This document shows positions 8,822 through 18,071 of a stretch of 64,000 nucleotides of DNA, piece by piece. The notes below the pieces were generated by a model. It saw only the letters and a program-made list of their open reading frames with translations. It did no database searches and was not told the origin of the DNA. Location of the stretch: positions 384,001 through 448,000 of the forward strand of contig CAVOVB010000003.1 in assembly GCA_963699755.1 (NCBI GenBank), read 5' to 3'. Source of the DNA: an uncultured delta proteobacterium. Lineage in GTDB: Bacteria; Myxococcota_A; Polyangia; Polyangiales; Houyiibacteriaceae. A program made the translations under genes and the position numbers. Positions within the stretch are counted from its first letter, which is position 1; every line of letters begins with the position of its first letter.

Positions 8822-9613
8822 TTACTCTTGGATTCCGAAGATTCGGATCGCGTTTTCGTAGCTCGTCCGGGCCAGGACTTCCGGGTCTTGCCCACGGAGC
8901 TCCGCGATGCGTGCTGCTGTATAGGCTACATAGGCGGGTTCATTGCGTTTTCCGCGCCTGGGAATCGGGGCGAGGTAGGGGGCGTCGGTCTCGATCAGAA
9001 GGGCATCGGTCGGCTGCCTGAGCGCGGCATCCCGGACCGCGACGGCGGTTTTGAACGTGACGATCCCACTGAAGGAGGAAAGGAAGCCGAGATCGAGCGC
9101 TGCTTTGGCGAAGGGAGCGTCCTCGCTGAAGCAATGGATGATACCCCCCACGTCCTTCGCCTGCTCTTCGCGCAAGATTCGGAGCGTGTCTTTGGGCGCT
9201 GACCGGGTGTGAATCACCAGAGGTTTCTTGAGCTCTCTGGCGATTGAGATCTGTCTTCGGAAGGCTTCTTCCTGGGCCGGATGGGGCGAGTGGTCGTAGT
9301 GGAAGTCTAGGCCGGTTTCACCGATGGCCACCACGGTCGGGTCCGTCCCTGCGTCGCGAATCGCATCGAAGAGGGCGTCGTCGAGAAGCCTGGCGTCGTG
9401 TGGGTGAACGCCGACGGTGGCCGAGATTCGATTTGGATGTTTCCGTGCGATCTCGATCGCTGAGCTTGCCGAAGATGGATCGCTTGCGCAGCCTATGCTG
9501 GTGATGCGCCGCACGCCCGCCTCCGCTGCCCGTTCGAGCACGGCGTCGAGCTCCTCGAGCAGGCGCGGGTCATCCAAGTGGCAGTGGGTATCGAAGAGCA
9601 TGGCGGCGTCCAC
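8822..9613 (-). CDS. tatD: TatD family hydrolase
   Basis: DTHCHL, GVHPH, AIGETGLDF, VIHTR, IIHCFS, IETDAPYLAP, NEPAY. Confidence 0.95.
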   Translation of the reverse strand: MDAAMLFDTHCHLDDPRLLEELDAVLERAAEAGVRRITSIGCASDPSSASSAIEIARKHPNRISATVGVHPHDARLLDDALFDAIRDAGTDPTVVAIGETGLDFHYDHSPHPAQEEAFRRQISIARELKKPLVIHTRSAPKDTLRILREEQAKDVGGIIHCFSEDAPFAKAALDLGFLSSFSGIVTFKTAVAVRDAALRQPTDALLIETDAPYLAPIPRRGKRNEPAYVAYTAARIAELRGQDPEVLARTSYENAIRIFGIQE

Positions 9614-10623
9614 TACTGAGACTGATTCGCTTGGCGCAGGGAAGCAAGCAAGGCTTTGGCTTCCACGCTCTTCGGGGCGAGCTGCTCGAGGGTGGTTTCA
9701 TAGACCGGCATCTCGGCCTTTCGACTCTTTCGCAAGGCGCCGGCCAGGTCTGGTACGAGCGCTGTGAGCCCAAGCTCACCCACGAGCTCCACGGCGTACT
9801 GCCGCGCTTCGATACGCCAGCTTCGGACGAGCTTTCGAATCTCCTCCGTACCCGCAGGGTCACCCAGCAGAACCAGGGCGCGCGCGGCCGCGGCCCGCAA
9901 GATAGGGGAGCGCCACGGATGCGTCGCAAGCCGCGTGAGCGCAGCTATCGAGTCCCGGTCCCCGAGGTTGCCGAGCCCAAGCGCAGCAGCGAGGGCTCGG
10001 TGCGGTTGGCTTAGCGACGCTCGCAGGATTGGGGCACCTCTCGCATCGCCCAGGGTGGCGAGCGTCGTCGCTGCGGCGAAGCGAACGGCGTCCGAAGAGT
10101 CGTCCAACGAGCGCGCGATCGCCTCGAGGTTGCCGCGCGCGCCCAACTCGCCCAGGCATTGCATCGCGAGTATGCGAACTTCTTCGTCTCCATCCGCGAG
10201 CGCTTTCGCGATCTGGTCGGAATGCGCTGCGCCTAGGTGAGACAAGCTCCAAATCGCCGAAAAGCGCATCTCCGGACGCGGATCATCGAGTAAGCGCGCG
10301 ATCGAATCAGCACCTTGTTCCGGAGCAACGCGTCCCACCGCCAGTACGGCAGTTTGGCGGGCACCCATGTGCTCGTCCTCGAAGGCGTCGAGCAAAGTGC
10401 TCAATGCCTCGACCGCACCGAGCGTCCCCAGCGACTCGTACGCAGCCTCGCGCACCGCGCCGTGGTCGTCTCGTGCGAGGCTTAGAAGACCTGTGATCGC
10501 TTCTTGTCTTCTCCCGTTGGGCGGCTCGGCAAGACGTGCGGCTGCGGCGCCTCGAAATCGGGGCTGTTGGGCTCGCACGTCTCGAAGTGCCGCGTCGAAA
10601 GTCGGTGCCAGAGGCGGGATCAC
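9613..10623 (-). CDS. HEAT-repeat protein
   Basis: Repeats of the LxDxxxxVRxAAxxxLGxLG type; overlaps both metG and tatD. Confidence 0.85.
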   Translation of the reverse strand: MIPPLAPTFDAALRDVRAQQPRFRGAAAARLAEPPNGRRQEAITGLLSLARDDHGAVREAAYESLGTLGAVEALSTLLDAFEDEHMGARQTAVLAVGRVAPEQGADSIARLLDDPRPEMRFSAIWSLSHLGAAHSDQIAKALADGDEEVRILAMQCLGELGARGNLEAIARSLDDSSDAVRFAAATTLATLGDARGAPILRASLSQPHRALAAALGLGNLGDRDSIAALTRLATHPWRSPILRAAAARALVLLGDPAGTEEIRKLVRSWRIEARQYAVELVGELGLTALVPDLAGALRKSRKAEMPVYETTLEQLAPKSVEAKALLASLRQANQSQ

Positions 10624-12605
10624 TTGGCCGGTGATCCGGGTTCGACGTCTCTGTCGACGCTGAGTACACAGAGGCCGCTCTCGTCGCTGGCGGCGAGCAC
10701 CATCCCCTGCGACTCCAGTCCCATCAGCTTGCGGGGCTTCAAGTTGGCGACGATGACGACTCGCTGGCCGACCAGGTCTTCGGGAGCGTAATGCTCGGCG
10801 ATGCCAGCCAGGATTTGCCTCGGCTCGGCTTCGCCGGCGTCGACGACGAGCCGGATGAGCTTGTTGCTCTTCTCGACCTTCTCCGCTTCTTTCACCAGGG
10901 CGATGCGAAGGTCGACCTTCATGAACTCGTCGAACTCGATGAATTGGTCTTTACCCTGCTCGGTATCTGTCATGACGGTTGCCTTCTTCTGCTTTGCTTC
11001 AGGAGCCTCTACACCTAGACGCTCCAAGATCGAGCGCTCCTGGGCTTCGTCGAACCTGGGGAAGAGCGGGGTTGCGCTTCGTGTCTCCGTGCCCGGTCTC
11101 AGCCCGCCCCAGACGGTCGGCCAGAAGTCGACCTGCTCGGTTGGAAGCAGGGGGGGCATGCCGAGTTGCGCGCGAAGCTCGTTGCACTTCCCAGGCATTA
11201 CCGGGAAGAGCATGATCGAAAGCCATCGTAGCGTTTCGAGGACCGTGTAACAGACCTGCTCGAGCCGAGTCTTGTCGCCCTCCTTGGCCAGCTTCCAAGG
11301 CTCGGTCGAGTCGACGTACTTGTTTGCCGCCGATACGAGCTCCCAGATCGTGTCGAGCGCACGGTGGAACGCCAGCGCCTCCAGGTGATTGGCCGCTCCG
11401 GCGGATGCGGCCTTGGCTTTTTCGATGAGTCGTCGATCCATCGGGTCGAGGTCCTCTAGGTCGACCTTTGGTACTTGACCGTCGAGGTTCTTCTTCAGGA
11501 TGCTCGCGACGATTCGGTTCATGAGATTACCGAGGCCGTTGGCGAGCTCGCCATTGTATCGATTGAGGAGATTTTGGTGGCTGAAGTCGCCATCCTGCCC
11601 GAAGCCCACCTCGCGCATGAAGTAGTAGCGCAAAACGTCGGCCCCCACCGCTTCGACCAAGGGCCCCGGTGGGAGAAAGTTGCCGAGCGACTTCGACATC
11701 TTCTCGCCGTTCACAGTGAGCCAACCGTGCGCCCAGATTTGCGTCGGGAGCCGAATACCTGCGCTCATCAAGAATGCCGGCCAGTAGATCGTGTGGAAGC
11801 GAAGGATGTCTTTGCCGACGATGTGAATGATCGCCTCGGACGATCGCCAGAACTCGTCGTAGAGCGGAGCCTCGCCCGCTTCGGCGGGTCCACCGAGTGC
11901 GCTCACGTAGTTCATGAGTGCATCAAGCCAGACATAGACTACGTGCTCGGGGTCATCTGGAACTGGAACGCCCCAACGGAAGCTCGTCCTCGAAATCGAC
12001 AGGTCGCGTAATCCCTCTTTGACGAAGGACTTCACCTCGTTGAAACGCGCTTCGGGCCGCACGAAATCAGGATGCGCTTCATAGTGGTCGAGAAGCGGCT
12101 GCGCGTACTTGCTCAGACGGAAGAAGTAGCTCCGCTCCTTGATGCGCTCGACCGGCTTCTGGTGGATCGGGCAGAGGTTGCCTTCGAGGAGCTCCTTGTC
12201 GGTCTTGAAAGACTCGCAGCCGACACAGTACCAATCCTCGTAGTCGTCGAGGTAGATGTCGCCACGGGCCTCCATCAGCTTCCAAAGCGCCTGGACGTTC
12301 TCGCGGTGCTGGGGCGAGGTCGTCCGAATGAAGCCATCGTGGGCGCATCCCAGCTCTTCCCAAGCGAGTCGGAACGGCGCGGCCATCCGATCGACGAAAT
12401 CCTGGGGGGCAAGCCCCTCTTCTCTGGCTCGGCGCTCAATCTTCAGGCCGTGCTCGTCGAGTCCCGTGAGAAAGTACGAGGGCCGACCCCGGAGGCGCTG
12501 GTAGCGAGACAGCACATCCGCGGCGACCGTCGAGTAGGCATGCCCGATGTGCGGCCGATCGTTGACGTAGTAGATCGGCGTGGTGACGTAGAAGGGACGA
12601 GCCAT
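10620..12605 (-). CDS. metG: Methionine--tRNA ligase with C-terminal tRNA-binding domain
   Basis: FYVTTPIYYVN, HIGH, CVGC...CPIH, YVWLDAL, GKDILRFH, KMSKS, C-terminal ANLKPRKLMGLESQGM. Confidence 0.98.
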   Translation of the reverse strand: MARPFYVTTPIYYVNDRPHIGHAYSTVAADVLSRYQRLRGRPSYFLTGLDEHGLKIERRAREEGLAPQDFVDRMAAPFRLAWEELGCAHDGFIRTTSPQHRENVQALWKLMEARGDIYLDDYEDWYCVGCESFKTDKELLEGNLCPIHQKPVERIKERSYFFRLSKYAQPLLDHYEAHPDFVRPEARFNEVKSFVKEGLRDLSISRTSFRWGVPVPDDPEHVVYVWLDALMNYVSALGGPAEAGEAPLYDEFWRSSEAIIHIVGKDILRFHTIYWPAFLMSAGIRLPTQIWAHGWLTVNGEKMSKSLGNFLPPGPLVEAVGADVLRYYFMREVGFGQDGDFSHQNLLNRYNGELANGLGNLMNRIVASILKKNLDGQVPKVDLEDLDPMDRRLIEKAKAASAGAANHLEALAFHRALDTIWELVSAANKYVDSTEPWKLAKEGDKTRLEQVCYTVLETLRWLSIMLFPVMPGKCNELRAQLGMPPLLPTEQVDFWPTVWGGLRPGTETRSATPLFPRFDEAQERSILERLGVEAPEAKQKKATVMTDTEQGKDQFIEFDEFMKVDLRIALVKEAEKVEKSNKLIRLVVDAGEAEPRQILAGIAEHYAPEDLVGQRVVIVANLKPRKLMGLESQGMVLAASDESGLCVLSVDRDVEPGSPAK

Positions 12606-12644
12606 TTCGCGCCCGAGACTAGCCAATATCGGCCGAGATGCCAG

Positions 12645-13628
12645 CTAGCGGAGATTTCGAAGACCAAAGAGCATGGAGTCGAGCGCTACCTGCTTGTTGG
12701 CGTTCTTGTGGATCGATTGGACGCAGTCGTGAATCAGGGAGACACGCGCGGCGGCAGCGCTCGACGAAAGAGGCAGTGCACGTTCCAGGGCCTCCTCGGC
12801 CCGCGCCGAGAAACCGAGCCCTTCGCTTGGTAGGCCGAGCGCGCTGGCAGCGAGATCCCGATAGAAGATCTGGAGCGTGAGCAATGCGAGCTCGAGGTCG
12901 TCGCGCCGAGCCAGTTGCTCGGAAAGCTCGACCAGAATGCCTGGGCCGGAGCCGCGAACCGCATCGTCGATCGAGAACACCAACTCGCTCAAGGCGTCCA
13001 CGGCGCCATCGGTTGCGAGGGCTAGGGCGACGTCGGCGCGGCCTGCGCTCAACGCGATGGCCGCGGAGATGCAATCTTCCGGAGCTCCTTCCGACGCGAG
13101 GATCTCACCAAGAACCGCCCGAGGAAGGCGTCCGAATCGAACGCGCTGGCAGCGAGATCGAATCGTCGGCAGGAGCGAGTCAGGTCGCTCCGAAGTGAGA
13201 ATGAAGTGCACTTTGGGGCGGGGCTCTTCGAGCGTCTTGAGCAAGGCATTGGCCGCCTCGGGCTGAAAGCCGGGGAACGAAACGTCCGCCTCGGGAAAAA
13301 TGAAGAAGGTTGCCTCAGCCTCGAAGGGCGCAAACTGCGCGAGTGGAAGTATCTCGGTTCGAAGAACTTCGACCTGGATGTTGCGCTTGCCTTCGTCCCG
13401 CGGTCGGAACACCCGCACGTCGGGATGCGCACCCGAATCGATTCGCTCGGCGATATGTGGATCGCCAGAAGCGATGATGTCCGTCGCCAGTGCCAGAGCG
13501 GTGAGCTCTTTGCCGACCCCGCTAGGTCCTTCAAAGAGATAAGCCGACGCCAAACGCCCTTGCTCACGCGCTCGCGTGAGGCCTCGGATCGCAAGGTCCT
13601 GCGCCCGCACCGACTCGAGCGCGCTCAC
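12645..13628 (-). CDS. holB: DNA polymerase III delta-prime subunit (lacks Zn module)
   Basis: AYLFEGPSGVGK, HPDV, AANALLKTLEEP, LLPTIRSRCQ; upstream of metG. Confidence 0.9.
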   Translation of the reverse strand: MSALESVRAQDLAIRGLTRAREQGRLASAYLFEGPSGVGKELTALALATDIIASGDPHIAERIDSGAHPDVRVFRPRDEGKRNIQVEVLRTEILPLAQFAPFEAEATFFIFPEADVSFPGFQPEAANALLKTLEEPRPKVHFILTSERPDSLLPTIRSRCQRVRFGRLPRAVLGEILASEGAPEDCISAAIALSAGRADVALALATDGAVDALSELVFSIDDAVRGSGPGILVELSEQLARRDDLELALLTLQIFYRDLAASALGLPSEGLGFSARAEEALERALPLSSSAAAARVSLIHDCVQSIHKNANKQVALDSMLFGLRNLR

Positions 13629-14230
13629 TTGTCGGAGCCTCCAGTGAAGATCGAGATCGCAAGCGTCTGGATCGCATCGACCACATCGCCGGGGGAGAGG
13701 GCGTCGGGGTCGACGAATGCTTGCATCACCATGCCGTCGAGCAGGCCCATCACGATTCTCGGCAGAATCTCGACCGAGATTCGCGGCTGGAGTCCGAGCG
13801 AAATCAGGTTCTGCTCGAGATATGCTCGGATTTGCTGCGCGCCAAGCTCGTAGAACTCGGCCAATTTCGGACGCAGGGTTTCATCATACAAGCTCAGGGC
13901 GAGCAGGTCGGCGACCACCAGGGCTTCATCGCTCCGCTCTGCTCGCGTCGCCCAGAGCTCCTCGAGCGATTTCCGAAGCGCCTCGAAGGGATTGTCTGAA
14001 GGTGACCAGGCCTGCATCGTGCGACTTTGCACCGCGTTGCACGCCGTCTCGAGAACCGCGTGAATCAGTGCCTCTTTCGTCGGGTAGTGATAGTGCAGAG
14101 CGCCTTTGCTCATGCCGGCTTCTTTGGCTATCTCGAGCAGGCTGGTCTTGGCATACCCCTGGCGCGCGAGGACCCGGATCGCCGCATCGATGATCTGCTG
14201 GGAGCTGACCGCGCTCTTTGCGTACGCCAT
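13625..14230 (-). CDS. TetR/AcrR family transcriptional regulator
   Basis: IIDAAIRVLARQGY..TSLLEIAKEAGMSKGALHYHYPTKEAL helix-turn-helix. Confidence 0.93.
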   Translation of the reverse strand: MAYAKSAVSSQQIIDAAIRVLARQGYAKTSLLEIAKEAGMSKGALHYHYPTKEALIHAVLETACNAVQSRTMQAWSPSDNPFEALRKSLEELWATRAERSDEALVVADLLALSLYDETLRPKLAEFYELGAQQIRAYLEQNLISLGLQPRISVEILPRIVMGLLDGMVMQAFVDPDALSPGDVVDAIQTLAISIFTGGSDK

Positions 14231-14291
14231 GAACGTGGAACCATGACGCCTGCTCCTGGGGCTCGTCAACCGCTTGTGCTAAGGCCGGTTG

Positions 14292-15077
14292 GTGAGTGAA
14301 CAAGGTCAGTCACTAACGCGCCTCGTCGAGCTGATGCGCACCTTGCTCGGTCCCGAAGGCTGCCCCTGGGACCGCGATCAGACCCTCGAAACGCTCCGAC
14401 AGTACGTCCTCGAAGAGGCTCATGAGGTCGTCGACGCGATCGATCGAGGCACCCCGGAAATGCTCCGCGAAGAGCTGGGCGACCTCTTGCTGCAAGTCGT
14501 CTTTCAGGCTGTCCTGACGGAGCAGAAAGGCTGGTTCGGCATCGACGGGGTGGTCGATGCGATTTGCGAGAAGCTCGTTCGCCGCCACCCTTGGGTCTTT
14601 GGTGACGAAGAAGTCGACGACGCCAGTGGCGCCATCAACGGCTGGGAAGCGATCAAGGCGAAAGAGAAGAAGGACCGTGGTGCCCTGAGCGGAGTTCCGG
14701 TCGCCCTCCCGGGTCTCCTTCGCGCGGTTCGTATCGGGGAGAAGGCGAGCGCGGTAGGCTACGACTGGCCGGATGCCGGTGGTCCTCGCAAGAAGATCGA
14801 CGAGGAGCTCGAGGAGCTCGACCAAGCCGCCGAGGCCAGGGACATGGCCGCCCTCGAGCACGAGCTCGGCGACCTCTTGTTCGCGCTGGCGACGTACGGC
14901 CGCAAGCAAGGCTTGGATCCAGAAGCAGCGCTTCGGGGCTCCCTCAATCGCTTCTCTTCGCGTTTTCGGCACTGCGAGCTCGCCGCTCAGGCGGATGGCA
15001 AGACCCTCCGCGACTACGGCGAGCTCGAGCTAGACGAAATGTGGGAGCGTGCAAAGGCGGCTGAGCGCAAGCCGTAG
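14292..15077 (+). CDS. mazG: Nucleoside triphosphate pyrophosphohydrolase
   Basis: GCPWDRDQT, EEAHEVVDAI, EELGDLLLQVVF, KLVRRHPWVFG, second domain ELGDLLF. Confidence 0.96.
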   Translation: MSEQGQSLTRLVELMRTLLGPEGCPWDRDQTLETLRQYVLEEAHEVVDAIDRGTPEMLREELGDLLLQVVFQAVLTEQKGWFGIDGVVDAICEKLVRRHPWVFGDEEVDDASGAINGWEAIKAKEKKDRGALSGVPVALPGLLRAVRIGEKASAVGYDWPDAGGPRKKIDEELEELDQAAEARDMAALEHELGDLLFALATYGRKQGLDPEAALRGSLNRFSSRFRHCELAAQADGKTLRDYGELELDEMWERAKAAERKP

Positions 15078-15098
15078 CGTCCGGGGCGTTCTGGCTCT

Positions 15099-16013
15099 CT
15101 AGAGCTGCTCTTTCGGAAACGGCATCACGGCCTGGACCGACGCAGCGCCCAGCAGCAGCATCAACAAGCGGTCGACGCCAAGCGCGTTGCCGCCACTTTC
15201 GGGCATGCCTCGCTCGAGGTCGGCGAGAAATCGCTCGTCGACGGGATACACGGGGAGCCCAGCTGCTTGGCGCTCAGCCCGATCTCGCTCGAATCGTCGC
15301 CGTTGCTCCGCCGCGTCTGTGAGCTCGCCAAAACCGTTGCACAGCTCCACTCCGTGGAAGAACGCCTCAAAGCGATCCGCCATCCCGTTTGGCTTGAGCT
15401 TCGCAAGCGAAGCCATCCGCCCAGGCCAATCGGTCACGAATACCGGCCGCTCGCTCCCGAGACATGGCTGCACGTCCTCGGCCCAGACCCGAAAGAAGCA
15501 CTCCTCGTCGTCTTGCAGCAATCCGATTGTGACATTCGCGTGGAACTGCAGTGCCTCGTCCACGGTCATCCGTTGCCAAGGTGGCAGGACCTCAGGTGCC
15601 GGCTGATCGAGCGCATCGGCGACGAACGCTACGAGATCCTCCGTATCGCGCATCAGCTCGTCGGACGTCCCATCAGCACGGTACCATTCGAGCATCGTGA
15701 ACTCGCGCTCGTGATGGCGTCCTTGCTCCCCGCCTCGGTAGCTTCGACAGAGCTGGAAGATACGCTGCGCCCCGGCGCTGAGGAGGCGCTTCATTTGGTA
15801 TTCGGGGCTGGTAGCAAGCCAGCCAACCCGCTCGCCCTTGGGGTCGCGCACCTCGAAGGCGGACAGATGCACGTCGAGCCCCGGGGAGGGCACGATGGCA
15901 GGCGTCTCTACCTCGATGAAGTCGCGTTCTGCAAAGAAGCGCCGAATCGCCGCTAGCAAGGCGGCACGAAGCTCCAGGACCTGAAGCACTGCACCGTCGG
16001 CGTGCCCGGCCAT
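15099..16013 (-). CDS. epmA: EF-P lysine aminoacylase EpmA/GenX
   Basis: FIEVETP, LATSPEYQMKRLL, EFTMLEWYR, RFEAF..GVELCNGFGEL, ALGVDRL; no anticodon-binding domain; adjacent to efp. Confidence 0.95.
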   Translation of the reverse strand: MAGHADGAVLQVLELRAALLAAIRRFFAERDFIEVETPAIVPSPGLDVHLSAFEVRDPKGERVGWLATSPEYQMKRLLSAGAQRIFQLCRSYRGGEQGRHHEREFTMLEWYRADGTSDELMRDTEDLVAFVADALDQPAPEVLPPWQRMTVDEALQFHANVTIGLLQDDEECFFRVWAEDVQPCLGSERPVFVTDWPGRMASLAKLKPNGMADRFEAFFHGVELCNGFGELTDAAEQRRRFERDRAERQAAGLPVYPVDERFLADLERGMPESGGNALGVDRLLMLLLGAASVQAVMPFPKEQL

Positions 16014-16021
16014 TCGACTGC

Positions 16022-16585
16022 TCAGCCCTTGACGCGTTCCACGTAGGAGCCGGTGCGCGTGTCGATCTTCAGCCTGTCGCCCGCGTTGACGAAAAGCGGC
16101 ACGTTCACTTGCAATCCGGTTTCGAGCGTCGCTGGTTTCGTTGTGTTGCTGCTGGTGTCGCCCTTGAAGCCGGGCTCGGTTTCGGTGACCAGGAGCTCGA
16201 CGAAAGTGGGAGGCGTCACACCGATGGGACGGCCTTCGAAAAGCATGACATCGACTTCGGTTCCATCGAGAAGGTAGTGGACGCTTTCGCCGAGCTGCTC
16301 ATCCGTGAGGGAAAGCTGCTCGTAGCTTTGGGTGTCCATGAACACGCGCGAAGCGCCCTCTGGGTAGAGGTACTGCATGGTGCGTTCTTCGGTGTCGGCT
16401 TTCTCGATCTTCTCGCCGCTCTTGAAGGTTCGGTCGATCACCGCCCCGGTCATCATGTTCTTGATGCGGGTCCGAATGAAGGCTTGGCCCTTGCCCGGCT
16501 TCACGAATTGGTAGTCCACGACCGCGTACGGCACGCCGTCCATGAGCATCTTGAAACCTTTTTTGATGTCCGAGGTGTCTGCCAT
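16022..16585 (-). CDS. efp: Elongation factor P
   Basis: VKPGKGQAF, FMDTQSYEQ, KPATLETG, VPLFV, KIDTRTGSYVER; start ATG 16585. Confidence 0.98.
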   Translation of the reverse strand: MADTSDIKKGFKMLMDGVPYAVVDYQFVKPGKGQAFIRTRIKNMMTGAVIDRTFKSGEKIEKADTEERTMQYLYPEGASRVFMDTQSYEQLSLTDEQLGESVHYLLDGTEVDVMLFEGRPIGVTPPTFVELLVTETEPGFKGDTSSNTTKPATLETGLQVNVPLFVNAGDRLKIDTRTGSYVERVKG

Positions 16586-16589
16586 CTGT

Positions 16590-17009
16590 CTAATTCTCGC
16601 GGATTCTCTGGGAGGCGACCAGTAGGTCGCTCGGTTGATCGGGAGTGGCGCTGTTCTCTGCGGTGATTTGGACCTCGAACTCGCGCAAGGAGGTGGGAAT
16701 CGCAGCCCGGCCGACCTGTGTGTCGGCGTCATAGTCGAGCGCCTGCTGACGCTGAGGAAACTCGCCCACCGGGACGAACCACACGATGAAGTGCGTCAGT
16801 CCGAGCTCGATCCTCTCGGGCGGGACGAGGTGGTCCAAGGTCACCGTGATCAGAATCTGCTGCTTGTCGAGTTTTTCGACGTCGATTTCTCCGTTTGCCG
16901 CTGGCACGTACGCACTGCCTACCAACGCATAGTCAGCTGGCGGGTTGCAACTTGCGATTGCGGAAATCACGATGAAAGAGATAAGGCGCAGTGCCACGGA
17001 AACCTCCAC
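16590..17009 (-). CDS. Hypothetical lipoprotein (start GTG 17009 or 16997)
   Basis: Lipobox IVISAIASC followed by a beta-rich domain; ends 4 nt before efp. Confidence 0.7.
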   Translation of the reverse strand: MEVSVALRLISFIVISAIASCNPPADYALVGSAYVPAANGEIDVEKLDKQQILITVTLDHLVPPERIELGLTHFIVWFVPVGEFPQRQQALDYDADTQVGRAAIPTSLREFEVQITAENSATPDQPSDLLVASQRIREN

Positions 17010-17091
17010 GGCTCGGCTTGTAGGCGGCTCGTATGATTCCGTCAAGCGCCAGCGCTTGCCTCGCGTCCGGGTCAGCGGTACTCCGGGTTTC

Positions 17092-18009
17092 ATGCGAGAC
17101 GTCGACGACGAGGTGCGCGAGATCAAGAAAGAGATCGTCGAGAGCCGTGGCCTGATCATCAAGACCAACAACCTGGTCAACGCCTTGGGCGCGGACCTCA
17201 AATCGATCGCCAAGCGGCAGGCAGGCTACGAGCGCCGGTTGAACTGGAACAGTGGGGTCGCGATCGCCGTGATCGGCGTTCTGTCGTTTGTGGGGCTCAA
17301 GCTCTACTTCGACGCGCAGACCGGAGCGATGCAAGCCGACAAGTCGGCCGCCGAGGCCATCGCCGAGGAGCTCCGCAGCGATCTCGGAGACGAGGTGCGC
17401 CGAGCCTCGGATCGGGGTACGGCCGCCGCGAAGGCCGCGAAATACTACGACCTAATTCGCGCCCGGAAGCGCGCCGAGGTCGTGCGCGAGTATCCCGCGA
17501 TGGCCAAGGAGGCCTTGTCCCCGGCCGAGGCCGCTGTCTTCCGGGACTTCGAGCAGCAGTTCCGACAAGACCTGTCGCTCGAGGCCTATCAGAAGGGCCT
17601 CTCGCTTACCGAGGGTAAGAAGCAGGGCGACGCGATCGAGCGCTTCGAAGAGGCGATCGAGCTGGACCCAAACGGCTCCCACATTCCTGCGGTCAAGCAC
17701 AGCCTCGCGCTGGCGTTGCGCGGCGAAAAGCGCTCAGCGGAGGCGCTCGTGTGGGCGCAACAGGTAGCCGACCAAAAGACCGAGACCGCCCTTCAGGCGG
17801 ATGGATGGTGGCTGGTCGCACTTTGCGCGCGGGACATCGGCGATCTGGACACGGCGCGCGAGGCGCTCAAGCTCCTAATCAAGAAATGGCCGAGGTCAGC
17901 ACTCTCGCGCGACGCCAGACCGCTCCTTCGTGAGCTGACACGAGAGGCGTATCTCGGGAAGAGAACCGCGACGGCGACACCGGTCGGCAGCCTCCCGAGC
18001 GAGCCCTGA
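17092..18009 (+). CDS. Single-pass membrane coiled-coil/TPR protein (CpoB/BamD-like C-terminus)
   Basis: N-terminal coiled coil, TM VAIAVIGVLSFVGL, C-terminal TPRs ending LIKKWPRSALS. Confidence 0.75.
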   Translation: MRDVDDEVREIKKEIVESRGLIIKTNNLVNALGADLKSIAKRQAGYERRLNWNSGVAIAVIGVLSFVGLKLYFDAQTGAMQADKSAAEAIAEELRSDLGDEVRRASDRGTAAAKAAKYYDLIRARKRAEVVREYPAMAKEALSPAEAAVFRDFEQQFRQDLSLEAYQKGLSLTEGKKQGDAIERFEEAIELDPNGSHIPAVKHSLALALRGEKRSAEALVWAQQVADQKTETALQADGWWLVALCARDIGDLDTAREALKLLIKKWPRSALSRDARPLLRELTREAYLGKRTATATPVGSLPSEP

Positions 18010-18071
18010 GCAGTCAGCGCACGGGAATCGCGTGTCGACGTAGCGGGCGACCTGTGCCAGGTTGATGAGTG

